Positions 25,301-37,819 of a stretch of 64,000 nucleotides of DNA are shown here, piece by piece (the stretch's first letter is position 1; every line of letters begins with the position of its first letter). Source of the DNA: Tubulanus polymorphus (Eukaryota > Animalia > Nemertea); the NCBI RefSeq assembly GCF_964204645.1, contig NC_134036.1, forward strand, positions 3,162,001 to 3,226,000, read 5' to 3'. The notes beneath the pieces are model-generated. The model searched no databases, was not told where the DNA came from, and saw nothing but the letters and a program-made list of their open reading frames with translations. Made by a program: the position numbers and the translations under genes.

Positions 25301-27974
25301 ATTCAGGTTGTTGTGCGCCAGCGATGATCGTTCTCTTGCGATACCGATATTTCTACAATTGTTGTGTCCTCTTTCAAACATGAGACTCATAAAATTTGAA
25401 GTTAGTTCCCATCAAGCCACTCCTAATAACCCCGTATGCTTTCTATCCTTCCTCCTGGTGTATGTGAATTGTGGGTTCGTCTGTAGTTTTAGGGCTACCT
25501 TTTATTGTAGACGGCTATTCTCTTTTTTTTATTTTGCCTGCAGGATGTGTAGTGACTCCTCTCCTCTCCTTGTAATCTTAATCCCGATTGGTAAGCTCTC
25601 CTCTCCTCATAAATACATATATATATACCTCTCTCCTAAAGCACACCACACACATACACATACAGTAGACTGCTCCTTACTCTGCATCAAAGTCATTTGG
25701 AGGAAATTGCTCCTGAAATTGTTGAATTTACCAAATTTCTTTCTCCATATCACGCTGATAGTTGATACTTGCGAAGTAAGGTGTCGCAACCTACCGTACA
25801 TCAATGTGGTGTGCTGAAGAACCTTGTAATTTCGTAGATTGATGTTGTAATATGTTCTAATGTGCTAACCAATAATGATGTACATCGCTTCTATAATATA
25901 TATGATGTATACTAGATATATGTGATAATTTCTGTTCTGTGCTTCATTGTGCCCAGTCATGACTTGAGCCAAAAGTTAATACGAACTTTGATAAAGAAAT
26001 CTTAAGATTGTTAGATTGTTTATCTTTTAGCTTAGACTGGCACTAATTATTTAAGTCATGACTTCGCAACTTGCATCTTGTGCCTCAAGTCCTTACTCGT
26101 AATCATATCCTGGATTAAGCTTCTGATGAAATCTTCTGAGCTGTATTTTTTTTAAACAGTGTGAGCGCTTGACTAGAATTCACAAATACAAATGATAGCA
26201 TTGCTATAGCTATTGAATGTGTAGTCAAATTATTGCTCAAAATCAATTGTAGACCATTTAAAAACTTAATAAATTCAATATTATAGCAACGCTAATATTC
26301 TGCCCACTACACAACGGTTATGTTATAACAATGAACCTGTTTATTGGCTCTATTTCATAGATGGGCAACCTTCACAGAAAAGATGGCGGCCTCCGTACGA
26401 CATCATCAAACTGAGTTTAGAAATTTAATTCGTTCAAATGTGATCATAGCGATGTCCATAAGAGGCTGTCATCTGAAAAATCTCATTCCCTTAATCATAC
26501 CATGTATATATATATAGCTATTATTTATGCGACAATATGTTAACGTTATTTTTAACTGATTTGTCCCATTACTCGAAACTCACAGATTTATGTTGTAAGT
26601 AACAGAATTATTATCATTAATTTTAACTATTTTCGTATCATCACCTTTAATTATATGTGTATGTCTCCACTGGGTGTAGGTTAGGGCATACGGTTTCTCT
26701 TAAACGTGATGTGTTGGTCATTGTCTCTATCTAATACTACCATTTAGAAACAATCAAACTGTTTCTGCTTTGCCTCAATGCCTACATTGGCTACAGTTCC
26801 GCACTTGTGGGTCAGTCATATTATCTTTACACTAGGCTCCACAATTATTGTTGACTGGCTCGTAAAGAAGTTTATCTAGCTCTGCTCCAGTTATATTTTG
26901 GTCAGAATTAGTTGAATTTCAGTTTTTGCAGTCACTTTTTGTATTGCCATAGACTTTTCCAATTTTCACAGCAGCCAAGTAATTTAATTCCGCGAATTTT
27001 GGAAGATTTTCAGTTTCCCAGATCCACAATTGGAACTCATAGCTGCCAAACCGTTCCTGGGTTGCATTATTTTGTCCCAAAAAAATGCTGATGTGATATG
27101 TGAACGGAAATGTGAAAGATGTTACTGATGGTCATAACTTTACTGATAATTTGGACATTTTCTTTCATATCTCAATGAAGAAATGTTACTGAAAAAATTT
27201 AATTTGTTATTGATAGCACTTCGCAGAGGTTGGCAGCCCTGGGAACTTACAATACGTTAACAGTTCTATCAAACACTTCCACATAAGGCAGAGTCTATCT
27301 AAAAGTGGTTGCATTATTGTCTTAAAGTTTTGGTTGTTTTTTTGTTTCTGGTTCTAATGAATTCATGTTTTAAACTTACAATGTTTTTGTGTGCTTACAC
27401 TGTGTTTGTTTTGTTGATTATTTACCATTATTTGGTTAATTCATGATATTTGAGCTTTTTTGACGGCGGTTGATTAGAAAAAAAAACTAACTACACATTT
27501 CGTGTAAAATACTTAGAATGATATTAATAGATTGTAGGATTGAATGAATATTATGCTTTGGGGCCTCGTTTCATAGACTGGGAATCCTGAGGATTCAAAC
27601 CTTTATATCTTGCTGTGAAGTCATAACTGTCAGAGAAATTTCTAATTTCCTTCATTGCAAATTCTCACTCGATATCTATGAAATGCAGGCTATTTGAGTA
27701 TTTCGCATAATAGCAGGTTTCATCATAACCCTTTCAGTGCTGACTGATTAATACCCAAAAAATGCAGAAGATAATTTGAGAATTTTTGAAAAATTTCACC
27801 CTAGTGTGTTGAATAACAGACATACCGCTATAGTGTGACTACACCGCAGCAATGTCCGTCACTGATTTATACACTGCACTGAAAGGGTTAAACCTCGATA
27901 GTTCATATATATTTTTTCAAATCTGTGTTGTTCGTTTTTTAGACGTATCTATGAGGTCGACATGGCGACGGTAA
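7370..27974 (+). CDS. PIP5K1: Phosphatidylinositol 4-phosphate 5-kinase type I (multi-exon)
   Basis: In-frame GT-AG exons: 7370-9874 (long alternative first exon), 10404-10534, 11212-11329, 11603-11755, 12115-12174, 12495-12734, 12934-13011, 13103-13178, 13743-13857, 14334-14466, 14921-15008, [18786-18842 cassette], 22869-22991, 23192-23312, 23393-23562, last exon probably 27943-27974. Translation shows [91 protein letters not shown] and KKFEHTLK (Glu in the activation loop, type I). Kinase exons are secure; first and last exon choices are less so. Confidence 0.95.
9915..10290 (+). repeat. Degenerate ~150-bp tandem repeat, about 2.5 copies, intronic
   Basis: Blocks AATAGATTCA and TTGTC(A/C)TTGCT(A/G)TAT recur three times; TTTTTAGTGG..GGGG and TTACCGTCAT recur twice. 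Confidence 0.7.
14017..14127. mobile_element. MITE with GTTCCACAGTT/AACCGTGGAAC inverted ends
   Basis: Closely matches 50401-50508. Related copies at 29511-29619 and ~52700-52800. Confidence 0.75.
15324..16668 (+). repeat. HINE-like element carrying a ~171-bp tandem array
   Basis: A CAAGATGGCCGACTGG-like core occurs at 15473, 15645, 15817, 15987, 16157 and 16502 (spacings 172, 172, 170, 170, 345). One monomer at ~16225-16385 is inverted. Confidence 0.8.
17735..17941. mobile_element. hAT-like MITE, CAGAGCTGCCAAC...GTTGGCAGCCCTG
   Basis: Imperfect 13-bp terminal inverted repeats; second copy at ~27038-27241. Confidence 0.65.
18786..18842 (+). CDS. 57-nt frame-preserving cassette exon of PIP5K1 ([19 protein letters not shown])
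   Basis: Long pyrimidine tract then AACAG|TTGACC...CATTTAG|GTACGA. Phase 1-1, open, and joins ...KKIPS to [10 protein letters not shown]. Confidence 0.7.
19062..19371. mobile_element. hAT-like MITE, CAGGGTGGC...GCCACCCTG
   Basis: Terminal inverted repeats and internal GGAAAA(A)CTCAGGGAA-type repeats. Related copies at ~18200-18454, ~14505-14840 and ~12170-12451. Confidence 0.75.
21782..22093. mobile_element. MITE with 15-bp TIRs and an internal tandem duplication
   Basis: AGGCAGGTTTCGATT (21782-21796) and AATCGAAACCTGCCT (22079-22093) enclose two diverged ~130-bp copies of a TCAGGTTTAC..CTGATCGAAATGA..GCGCCAGAA unit. Confidence 0.75.
27729..27887. mobile_element. piggyBac-like MITE, CCCTTTCAGTGC...GCACTGAAAGGG
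   Basis: 12-bp TIR with ATAA/TTAA flanks; related copy at ~11805-12071. Confidence 0.65.
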
Positions 27975-30796
27975 CAGCGTGATTGCGTATGAGATCGACG
28001 AGATGTTTCCATAGCGACGACCTGACTTTTTCTCTTCTTCCGCCATTTCGATGTCGTCCAGCGACGGAAGCACGCGTGGAGCACTGAAACACGACATTTC
28101 TTTCAATCGCGACGGTTTTTCTACGCACGCGCGAATACATTATCGAATTCAATGATATTCCTCTTCTTCGTGATATTTACGACGTTAGATATTGATATGA
28201 ACTCACTAACTCTCGCCTGAGTGAACATCATGTTCTTCTCTTAATAGTCAATTTCCAGTAGAATGTATATGTGTGTATATATATATATATATCATAGAAG
28301 CCACACGCAAAAAAATCAACGATTTTTCGGCGGGAAATATTTGTCAGAGAGATGAAATGACAGTGTGCATCGATTATTTATTATCTATGAAGGTGATATG
28401 AAAAGATATGTATACCATGGTAATAAGTCATATGATTACCTTTCGAATGAACATACGCCATAGAGGAATTCTGACAGTGACTCGGAAAATTGTAATCTGT
28501 CATCGCTTGCTGCGTAACGGAATAGACATTCTGCTGATAAATTCAACAGAAAATTGCAATCAAATCAAAGTACATGTACTGAAATAGCGTTCTTAAGCCA
28601 TAAATTGGACCTCGGGATTGAGGTATTTTCAGTGTTTTAAGTGTTCAAAAGCCTATATGACACATAGAACGTTTGCTCGCCGTGTAAATTTGCCAGGTTT
28701 TATCTGGTCGGGTAGAAAAATCGTTATCTACGGGAATTCGATTACCTGTTGTTGTTCTATATGTAAAAGCCACTCTGATTGGTCCATAGACATTGGTATA
28801 TCAGCGATCTGACCGATGAAAACTGTTATACTAAAACATATGCTCTTGATAATCGAGTTAAATGATATGAATGATAGAAAAAAATGTTTATCATTATATT
28901 AATTGCAGCAGCCCAGAATCCGCTTTCAAACTCAACTGTCAATTTTTACTTGTCGTTATAAATATACATCGTATTTGAGATCGTCAATGTCCGATATTTT
29001 CTTTGTGAATATGATTGAAATTTCTACCAAAATGAATTGTCCTGCTACATTTGATATTCAATATTGTAGTTTATTGATATAACGATATTTTAGAAAATCA
29101 ATTTCTTAGTAATAGAGATAATACAAAAGAAATTGTATGAATGTCAGACCCATGCTTTACTCGTGGCGAGGGCTGCTTAATTTATGCCTGCATTTAAGTA
29201 GCTAGAATTAAGCATGTGTGGAACATTGTTAAGAAGATGTCGTTCATGTATGTGGACATCAAAGCTAATGATTTCTGGGCTGTGCGTTGTGCCAACTGAA
29301 AAAAACAGAATGGCAATCATCGAAGTGTGCATGATTCTCATAAAAAATACAGGGTCAATATCTAAGGGCAACAATGTTATGATTTTAAGATAAACGCATT
29401 ACTAGTATAGTCGAATGTAATAAACTAAGGGTGAACTGATACTTACACAATCGAGTGATGTTTGATTGCTACACATAGTATTTTAATGATTGTAAAAAAG
29501 AATTCCACTGGACCCAGTTCTCCGGTCTGAGACATTTAAAAATGACTGAATGAGCTACGATGTACATGTAATTCCAACTCGTTGAAAGTCGAATTTAACT
29601 CAAACTCTAGAACTGGGTCTTGATTTTAGCGTGAGAAATGAAATATATGTTTAGAGGTCAATGTTTTCGAATTCATATACGAGTATTTGTGATGGACTGC
29701 ACGAAGAAAATCTTTATTGTATCTTCCATAGTTTTTCTGCATTTTGTGAGTGCCAACCGCGAAATGGTTGAACAGAATTTTATTGATTACGAGGTTAGAA
29801 TGTTGAGTACTTGTTATTGTGATAGAGTAGTGCACATCCATATTTAGAATGAGACATTGAGCACTTGTAACGATAGACTTTTCGAATTCTTATCATTTTA
29901 AAGTAATCTTGTAAATGGGATGGCTGCCTTTATAAATCTTCCTATGACATCAAGGATTATCGAGATGACTTCCTTTTTGTTGACGAAACAAATCAATGGG
30001 CAATTTGAAGGAGTTTCATGGAGGTAGCCATCTTTTCGGGTAAGGTCAAAAATACTACATCAATTTGATGATAGTCATATACATGCTTCCGTGGATAGAT
30101 ATGCTTGTAATATTTATCAACTGGCGGTTTTAGACATCTTTAGATATCAGAGAAGTTTAAAGGAATAAAAAATTGTGATGGTTTTCCCGTGTAGATATAT
30201 TTACCGATGAATTAAAGAATCTAAATTACGTAAAAGTTAATTTATCGTCGTTATTAGGATAAGTTGAATTAATAATTATAAAAATTATTATAAAGATATC
30301 AATCGTAATAATGCTAGCTCTTTAAAATGAAATAGTAACAAACCTTAAGTTAACAAAATGTGATAGTAACCAAAAGCCATATAGAATACAGAAATACGTG
30401 TAATACGAAAATACTATCAAATCAACGATTTAAAAAGCTTTGTACATGTATTAGAGGAAGCAGAACATTGACACTGATTAGTTAAGAAGCAATTTTAAAA
30501 ATGGCTCATAAGATGTACCTGTTATAGAAAATATAGTAGGCTTTTTAATTGGAATGCTCGACCCAGTTCTGCAGTTCCCTGTTAGAAGTTGAAAACATTT
30601 GAGAAACAAACTAATTTTGACACTCATGTCTAACATCATCCACAGAACTGTGGCTAGTTTCACGGAACGGATTTAAACCTTAATGAGATATCAAGTCATT
30701 CCGGTTATCAACGTTATATCCTTGTATATTTGAAAGTTATAAACGTTTTATAAAATTACATTCAAATCTGCTTCAAAGGAGTATGCGCATTGTATA

Positions 30797-30971
30797 CAGT
30801 AGGCCCCGCTCGAGTCGGATCCATTCAACTTGGATAACCATTCAACTCGGATGTTTGTTGAATTATTTTTGTGATGGTGTATATGAAAAACATGATATCC
30901 AACTAAGGATATCACTCATGTCGGGCATATTTTCACGGTTCCAAAAGGTCTGACTTGAGCGGAGTCTACTG
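30797..30971. mobile_element. Tc1/mariner-like MITE with TA target duplication
   Basis: TA|CAGTAGGCCCCGCTCGAGTC...GACTTGAGCGGAGTCTACTG|TA. A second copy (32084-32261) is nested inside another MITE (31947-32306). Confidence 0.75.
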
Positions 30972-33052
30972 TATTCACTTTTCGGTAGGCACTTTTCAAA
31001 ATAAAAACAATAGAATTCTAAATGATGATATTGTCATTATGCGTGAACTGATATTTCGTTTTAAAGCTTGCAACTGCTTTTGCGCTTAGAAAAAATTAAC
31101 CGTGCCACTTTTTCGTATTAGAGATATTTGAATGACGATGGCTTGAATGACAAGACTGATGTTTTGTATCCGACTACACAGTGTATGCGTATCCATGATT
31201 TCTAATTGTTACTCTAGTTAGATCTAAGCTACTGCGGTGATTTTATTAGCAATAACTTAGTATCTTGATCACAACATTAAACTGCTAGTGAGAAGATAAG
31301 TTTGAGATGAGTAACTCGTGATACTTTTGATTGTATTGGCTCCTCTGTCGTTATCTATTCTGACTGGAGTTGTGATGTGTGTCGGCTCAAATTGATGTCA
31401 CTAACAACATTACTAACTGAATTCGACTTCATTTGCTTCATTCACGTCTTGTTCTAGATCGATAAGCTGTTTGTCATTCTCATTCTCTCTTCAGCCTGGC
31501 CCGCAGCAAGTTTATTTACCTCTTTCCGCCTAATGCCGAATTAATTTATTTGATAATCGATTAATCTAGTATTCATATCTCTTAATTAATAACGGTGGCG
31601 CTGATGATGATGATGACGATGATGATGATGAGGATAAATGAATTAGTAATTTATTAAGCGTAGATTTTATTCCCCTTCGGTCCGGTTTCAGGAAAAAGTT
31701 TAACTCAAATTTCTGGTCTAATTGCCTTTGACCTCTTTGCGTCGTCAATGAGGTCAACAATTCAAACTGAACCGATTTAACCTTAAACTTTTTCATGAAG
31801 CTGCGCCCTGTCTCCTCGATGGCGACTCTGATGATTGTAAACTGTTCGTAAAAGGGGCTGTAAATTTTCCCGACAATATCAGTAGGCGTAACTAATACGT
31901 GTATTTATTTATTGTGTAAAGAACAGATGTTATTCCTCGCCTGCCCGGGCCCAGTTTCACTTATACTCGCGCTTTAAAAAGAACATCTCAGAACGATCCA
32001 TGAAAATAATCTCGATATAGCTTTATTTATTTATTGTCAATTAAACAGTTTCGAGATTTGTAATGGTGACAGGAATCATTACACAGTAGACTCCGCCCAA
32101 GTCTGATCCGATCAACTTGGGGATAACCGTCTAACTCGGATGTATTTTAGAATATTTTTAGTGACTATATATGAAATACATAACATTCAACTCGGATATC
32201 ATTTAAGCCGGATTCATTTTAACGATCCCAAAAGATCCAACTTGAGCAAAGTCTACTACTGTATATCTATCGTTGTATTTGTCGTTTTTGTGAGTGAAAC
32301 CGGGCCTGCTTTGGGGTACACGCTACCCTCTCGCGAACTAGGAAGTAATAAATATGACTGAGTGTATAAGTCCTCGAGGTTATTTTATAGTTATAGATAT
32401 ATACGACCTATATATTAAAAAAGAATATGTATTAAGATAATAATACTAATAATTATTATTATAATGATAATGATATTATGTATAAATAAGACAGCCGTGT
32501 ATAATGTATAAATGATGAGAATATAGAGACACATTTCTTAAAGAAACTAGAAAAATTATGAAATCATTGATATTCAAGTTTATTTTCTTTCCTTTTTCAC
32601 CTTCCCCCTGTTGGCTCAGAGCTGGTTCTCTCCCTCATCTCTCTGGTCAGTTCTAATCGACTGGTTTGGATTCAACGGGTAAAATTCGACTTGCCAGTAA
32701 AATTATATCGTCAAATTCACCGACGTTTGTTGCAGAAACGAGGAGGATGAGTCTACTATATTCTGGGCATTTGTTTCACGTTCTTTTCGTCGGAGATTTC
32801 ACTTTTGGTTTTCACGCTCCCTGTTTAATTTTGTTCATGAACTGCTTAATCCATCGTATTGATTTCTATAGTGTGAGTTAAGCGTCGTTTGCACCGATTT
32901 AAGCTCGATTCAAAATGTGATGAATTCGCTTAATTTTCTGATCTAACTCTGTAGTTAAATAGTTTTTCTCAAATTGGTAACTACATGTTAACTTCACTTC
33001 TTCAACTTCTCTGTAAAACCTAGATCTATTCCTGAACCTGCCGTATGCTGCT

Positions 33053-35498
33053 TTAGCCCAGAGTCTTCAATACCCCGCCGATAACTGGTAAATAATTCTC
33101 GTATTTTAACAGTCTTACGTTGTTCGGTCTCTGCTGGGTAAACTGAAAAAAGAAACATTCTCAAAAGGCAGGGGTCTCGGTAAAGAAATAGTGGCTAAGC
33201 GCAATATCGAGCCTAGTAAGTGTTTGGCTGAGTGGGACACGATTAAAAAACATTTATGCAATTTGAAATATCTTAGAATTCACACGCCCCCTCTGCTTAA
33301 TCTACCCCTGCGCAAACCCTCTGATTTTAAAAATGGGTCAATGATTCTTACCACACAACTGTAGGGCATACGATGTATATAGTCCACCAGTCGTTCATTG
33401 CCAGGAAATAGCATTCCGGTAAAATATGTTTTTGTGAGGTTGAATCGTTTTGTATGATGGTTCATCATCGTCATCATTGTCCGGTAGCTTTCGTTTGCTA
33501 AAGCGGCCATCAAATCATCGGGGTTCGGCTCCGTAATATCTAAATGAATTGATATACCAGTGTTAGATCGTCATATGTGCACTATTCGTTTATATATACG
33601 CGGACATGTTGCAAGGAAGTTAATGATGATAAACTGGTTTACTTGGGTTTATTTAGAAACATATCGCAGACTCTGTCTCCCTTACTCTGTAAAAATTGAG
33701 ATTGCAAAAATTGTACCCGAGTTTGTGTCAAATACTTAAGAGGTTGACCGATTAGAATATGTGATAAGGATAATATTTGATACCTTCTTTCTCCTAATCG
33801 ATGGGATCATTTTTTCAAACTGCAATAAGATTTGTTATCAGTTCATGGCTGCAACTTTTAACCTCAGCAGAAATGAGAAACAAGGTATCAATCTTTGCCT
33901 AAACTCTGAATCGTGGCTAGGAAAGTAAAATATAGGCCGCGTACCGTTTTGAATTAGTTTACCCATCGGGAAAACTTCCACGACAAACGGGTAAAATATG
34001 CTGATAGCTCGAGTGTCGACATCACCGTACGATTCAGGAATGGCTTCGGTTAATGTAGTAGAAATATTGGCCGGGTCTCCGTCTTTCGAAGCAGCAATAA
34101 TTTCATCTATAGTCTGTAGAATATCGGATACAAATATTGCAAGTATTACGCGTAGGAATAGAGTAAATGCTCTTTTCCAAGACACCCGAATGTCATGGTT
34201 GCTTTACATCGCAAAAGGTGTACCTTCTTACATCAGGACCTTAACACTATTAATTTAGAGTTGGTTAGGAAGTTCTCAGTACGACTTGAGTGAAGTGAAA
34301 TCATAGGGGTATGGGTTCTAAGGGTAAGGTTTAGATACAATACCTTGTATCCTGTTAAAGCTCTGCCCAATGAAGCCAAATAAACGCCGCCATATCCCAA
34401 CACCTTCTCCAAGAACTTACAGCTTCCATCTTCTTTGACCTGTAGGAAAACATCAATATTTGGAAAGTACACAATGTCATGGTCTCGTGTTTTTAAAAAT
34501 TTGCGAGTAAAACCTACTTTGTAGATTTCAAAAGAATCTCCCATACTACAGACGAGTGCAGGGAATAGGGGATCAGGCTGAGCGCTGGGGTCCTTTGGTG
34601 GCGCGTAACCGAACGCTCGTTTCAACAGAGCGGCAATGTCCGGATCGGTATAAGGCCGCATGGAGTCCGCCTCGTCCATCTTCGCCAACATATGATGTAC
34701 ACTTTTACCCAAACACTCCGATTTCTTCAACCGCACGAGCCTACAGTAATGATTTCAGATACAGTTTAAGTCATTTATAATGAATTTGGCGTTGAATGGT
34801 ATTTCCATCGAATTTAAGTTAGATTGAGTAAATTTGTTCTGAGTGCCGAGCGTGGCACTAAAAAAATGAACGCGTTATTACGACCTTGGAGTAACGTAAC
34901 ATGTGACAAAATGCCCTTATGATTACTGCACCGGGTATGATACAGAGTAGGGACAAAAATAGGGTACTTACTCGTCGGTATTGAACACGTTTTTAATTTT
35001 TTCCAACGTATCTTTCCTCAAACAGCCGCTACAGACGACGGTTACGTCAGTATCTTTCACAGCACATATCCTATCCTTGACCTCTTCGAGACCTGGGACG
35101 AGATTCGCGGCCGATATTTTTGCCAAGTTGATTTTTAAAACGTCGCCATTGATTTCATTTTCAGAAGCCTGTTGAGTTAATAAGCGGATTGGGTCAAATG
35201 TTGGGTAAGTGTTCTTGAAGTACAGTTCACTTCACTTAAAGTTGATAAAGTTGCCAGTGATTGATTCTAACCCAAAAGTCTCACAACAAATGCAACTTAC
35301 CGTAACGTACGCAACTGAAGATGCTAATTCACCTGAAGAAAAAGAGGTGATTAAGTCAAGACGATGCTGTAGAAATAAGTGTGACCCGAGTATTCTAAAC
35401 TTACCGACTTCTACGCACACTACGTGACCTGGTCTTTTGCATCCTGTCGCAGGGTAGGGAAACTCGTCTTCCTGCAGGAGTAGCACTTCCCCGGACAT
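33053..35498 (-). CDS. Divergent pantothenate kinase-like (type II/fumble fold) protein, 377 aa, probable pseudokinase
   Basis: Exons 35498-35405, 35332-35301, 35213-34972, 34740-34518, 34439-34344, 34113-33945, 33539-33352, 33142-33053 (1134 nt, open, all GT-AG). Segments are colinear with PanK motifs: VCVEVGGELAS~DIGGTLVK; VVCSGC~ATGGG; RLKKSECLGKS~KLDELDCLVKG; LFPALVCSMGDSFEIYKV~PLLVVNIGSGVSILAV; GYGGVYLASLGRALTG~SLGGGTFLGLCSLLTG; TIDEIIAASKDGD~SFEEALEMASKGD; DDLMAAL~EDLARAT; TYFTG~VVFVG; LLKYENYLPVIGGVL~FLEHEGYFGAVGALL. Minus-strand AATAAA at 32579-32584. Confidence 0.8.
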
Positions 35499-37819
35499 GT
35501 TATTGTTGGTTCGTTGATAATCTTAAAATCCAAAAATCAAACGTTTTGTCAATAAAGAAGTAGGGAAAATAACCTTAGATACAAAGTAGCTAAATAATTC
35601 GTGGAATAATGTAGGATCCAGTGGATGCTTTGAGCTCTAAAGCGACCCCCCAACCCCCCCCCCCCCCCCCCGGCTTCCCTTAAGAAATTCTCCTTGGGCC
35701 GGTTTTACAGACTGGGATTACCTTTAACCCGAGGGCTTACTTAATTCTTTTTCAATTGAGTTAGCCCCCGGGTTAAAGGTTATACCCGTCTATAAAACCG
35801 GACCCTTCGTATTATTCATTTTCAGTTTTTTCACACGCATCATTTCAAAATTCAAGATATTCATCAAGATTTTGAATATGTTAAATGATCAAGAGGTACC
35901 TAGAACGCTCAGAAAACATGAAACTGAGACTAAATTTTTCAGAATTTTCTTGGAAGTTCCTGGAGAGCATTCCCATTGTAAATCCTGGATTTGCCCCTGG
36001 AATTCTAGGCCTAGGTTATGCGAGTTTTGACCAGCAGTTTCACTATCCATAGTGTAGGCCTACCGGTAACTAACGTAATTGAGGCATGTGGTCCAGCAAC
36101 ACCCGCATTATTAGACCCATTAAGAAATTTTAACATACCTCTGAACGAGTGCTGGTACGCATATAAACGCCTATTATGGAGCCTAAGAAATGAAATACAT
36201 TTTTAGCTAGAACACACACCATAAGAAACCAGTTTGAATAGTTCTATATTAGATTATTGTAGTTACGGAACTGCGATATGAATAACTACGTGTGTACCGG
36301 TTATTTACTTTCTGTTCATGGGGTCAAAGGACACACATTTAAGGTCGATAGTACTAAGTAGTACTGACTGGTTGATTAAGTTTATTTGACATTAAGCAGA
36401 AGGGGAATGGTTCTTCTTATGGAAAAATGTCATGAAAAATTGATGAATAGGCCTAGAGGGAGAAAATGAAAGGAAATCTGGGGTTTTAACTGCTATTCCA
36501 GCGGCAGAAACTATCCACTTGCCAGCCCGATCTGCTTTTGTGGGACTCGTCGTTCGTGCATCGATTTTGAGGGGGCCACTTTTCAGGTTGCTAGTTTGCG
36601 GGTGTGTGTGACCTGGGCCAGACAGAAAATCATACTCGGTGATCTTATGCAATCGAATAATTAGGAAAATTCTACAAAAGATGCACTTTTGGATGTATGT
36701 CTCTAGTCGAAGCGCGCCTCAGCTCTACCGGCGTCAACTCCTTCCTATACACACCTGTGGGAGTATGTATACTGTCTTGTGGCGGCATCTAGGTCAGGTA
36801 TCGATTGTTCATGTAAACTGGCAGCCCTCCACATAAATACGTTGTCCCCGATTGTTTAGAATCCACGTTTTATTATTTATATTCACAAATAACTCAATAA
36901 ATGCTGCATTCTTTGATGTTCATCAGTATCGTTCACACATAAGTAAGTTTGCTCGATTTGTATATATATTTGTCGAATTCTTAGATAAATAGAGAATATT
37001 AAAAACTGACACACTGCGCACGTCTACTGCCTACTACTACACCTACACCTACATTCACCGACACTAGTGACTTGATAAGTGAGGTCATATACTGGTAAAC
37101 CTTAAACATATATGAAATTAGCAAAGATGTGTTGTGAAGAAGCATTAAATTTTAGCATGTGCATTATATTGTCAACAATGTTCTTATGGGTTTTGGAAAC
37201 TTCTGAAAAATGGGAATCATTTCCCAGGCCTTGGAAAACAGCTATGGAAATCATGTGTTATTCTCTATGGCAAAGATATGGTAAATTAGAAAACGGTCTC
37301 GAAATTTCCGCCCAATTTTCTGTCCTTTGATGGCAACCAGCAGAGGTGTCACTTTCCAAGTAAGATATGTTCATAGCCACTACAAATTTGAATCAATCTT
37401 TATGAAAACCCTCTGTCAATTCAATTTTAATGCCACAGATTTACTTAGAATAGGCATATGAAAAAAGTTGGCCAAAGTGTACTTATGGGGTATGGAAATT
37501 CATTATCTTCTGGTATTGAAAATGAACAAGGTTGGCCCTAAGAACCCTTGGTTACACTAATGCGTTGTGAGTGTGAGAGCCTAAACGGTTTTTAGAGTGA
37601 TTTCTAAATGTCTGCTGAGCATTGATAAAATGAATGATATGCTCGTGTAGGTAATAGTCATGTATGATATTAAACTTAATCGTGATTAATTGTTTTTTTT
37701 TTCTTTTCTTTCATTATAAAAGCTGCTTGGTTTTATTGTTTTGTAACGAGGTTTTTTCTATTTAATTCCCACCACCATCAGAGACACTGAACTGATTGAA
37801 AAACCTGATCAGTACTAAG

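Noticed and set aside
33643-33819. Two exon-like segments inside PanK-like intron 6
   Set aside because: Both give an immediate stop in the required phase 1, and the protein aligns to PanK without them.
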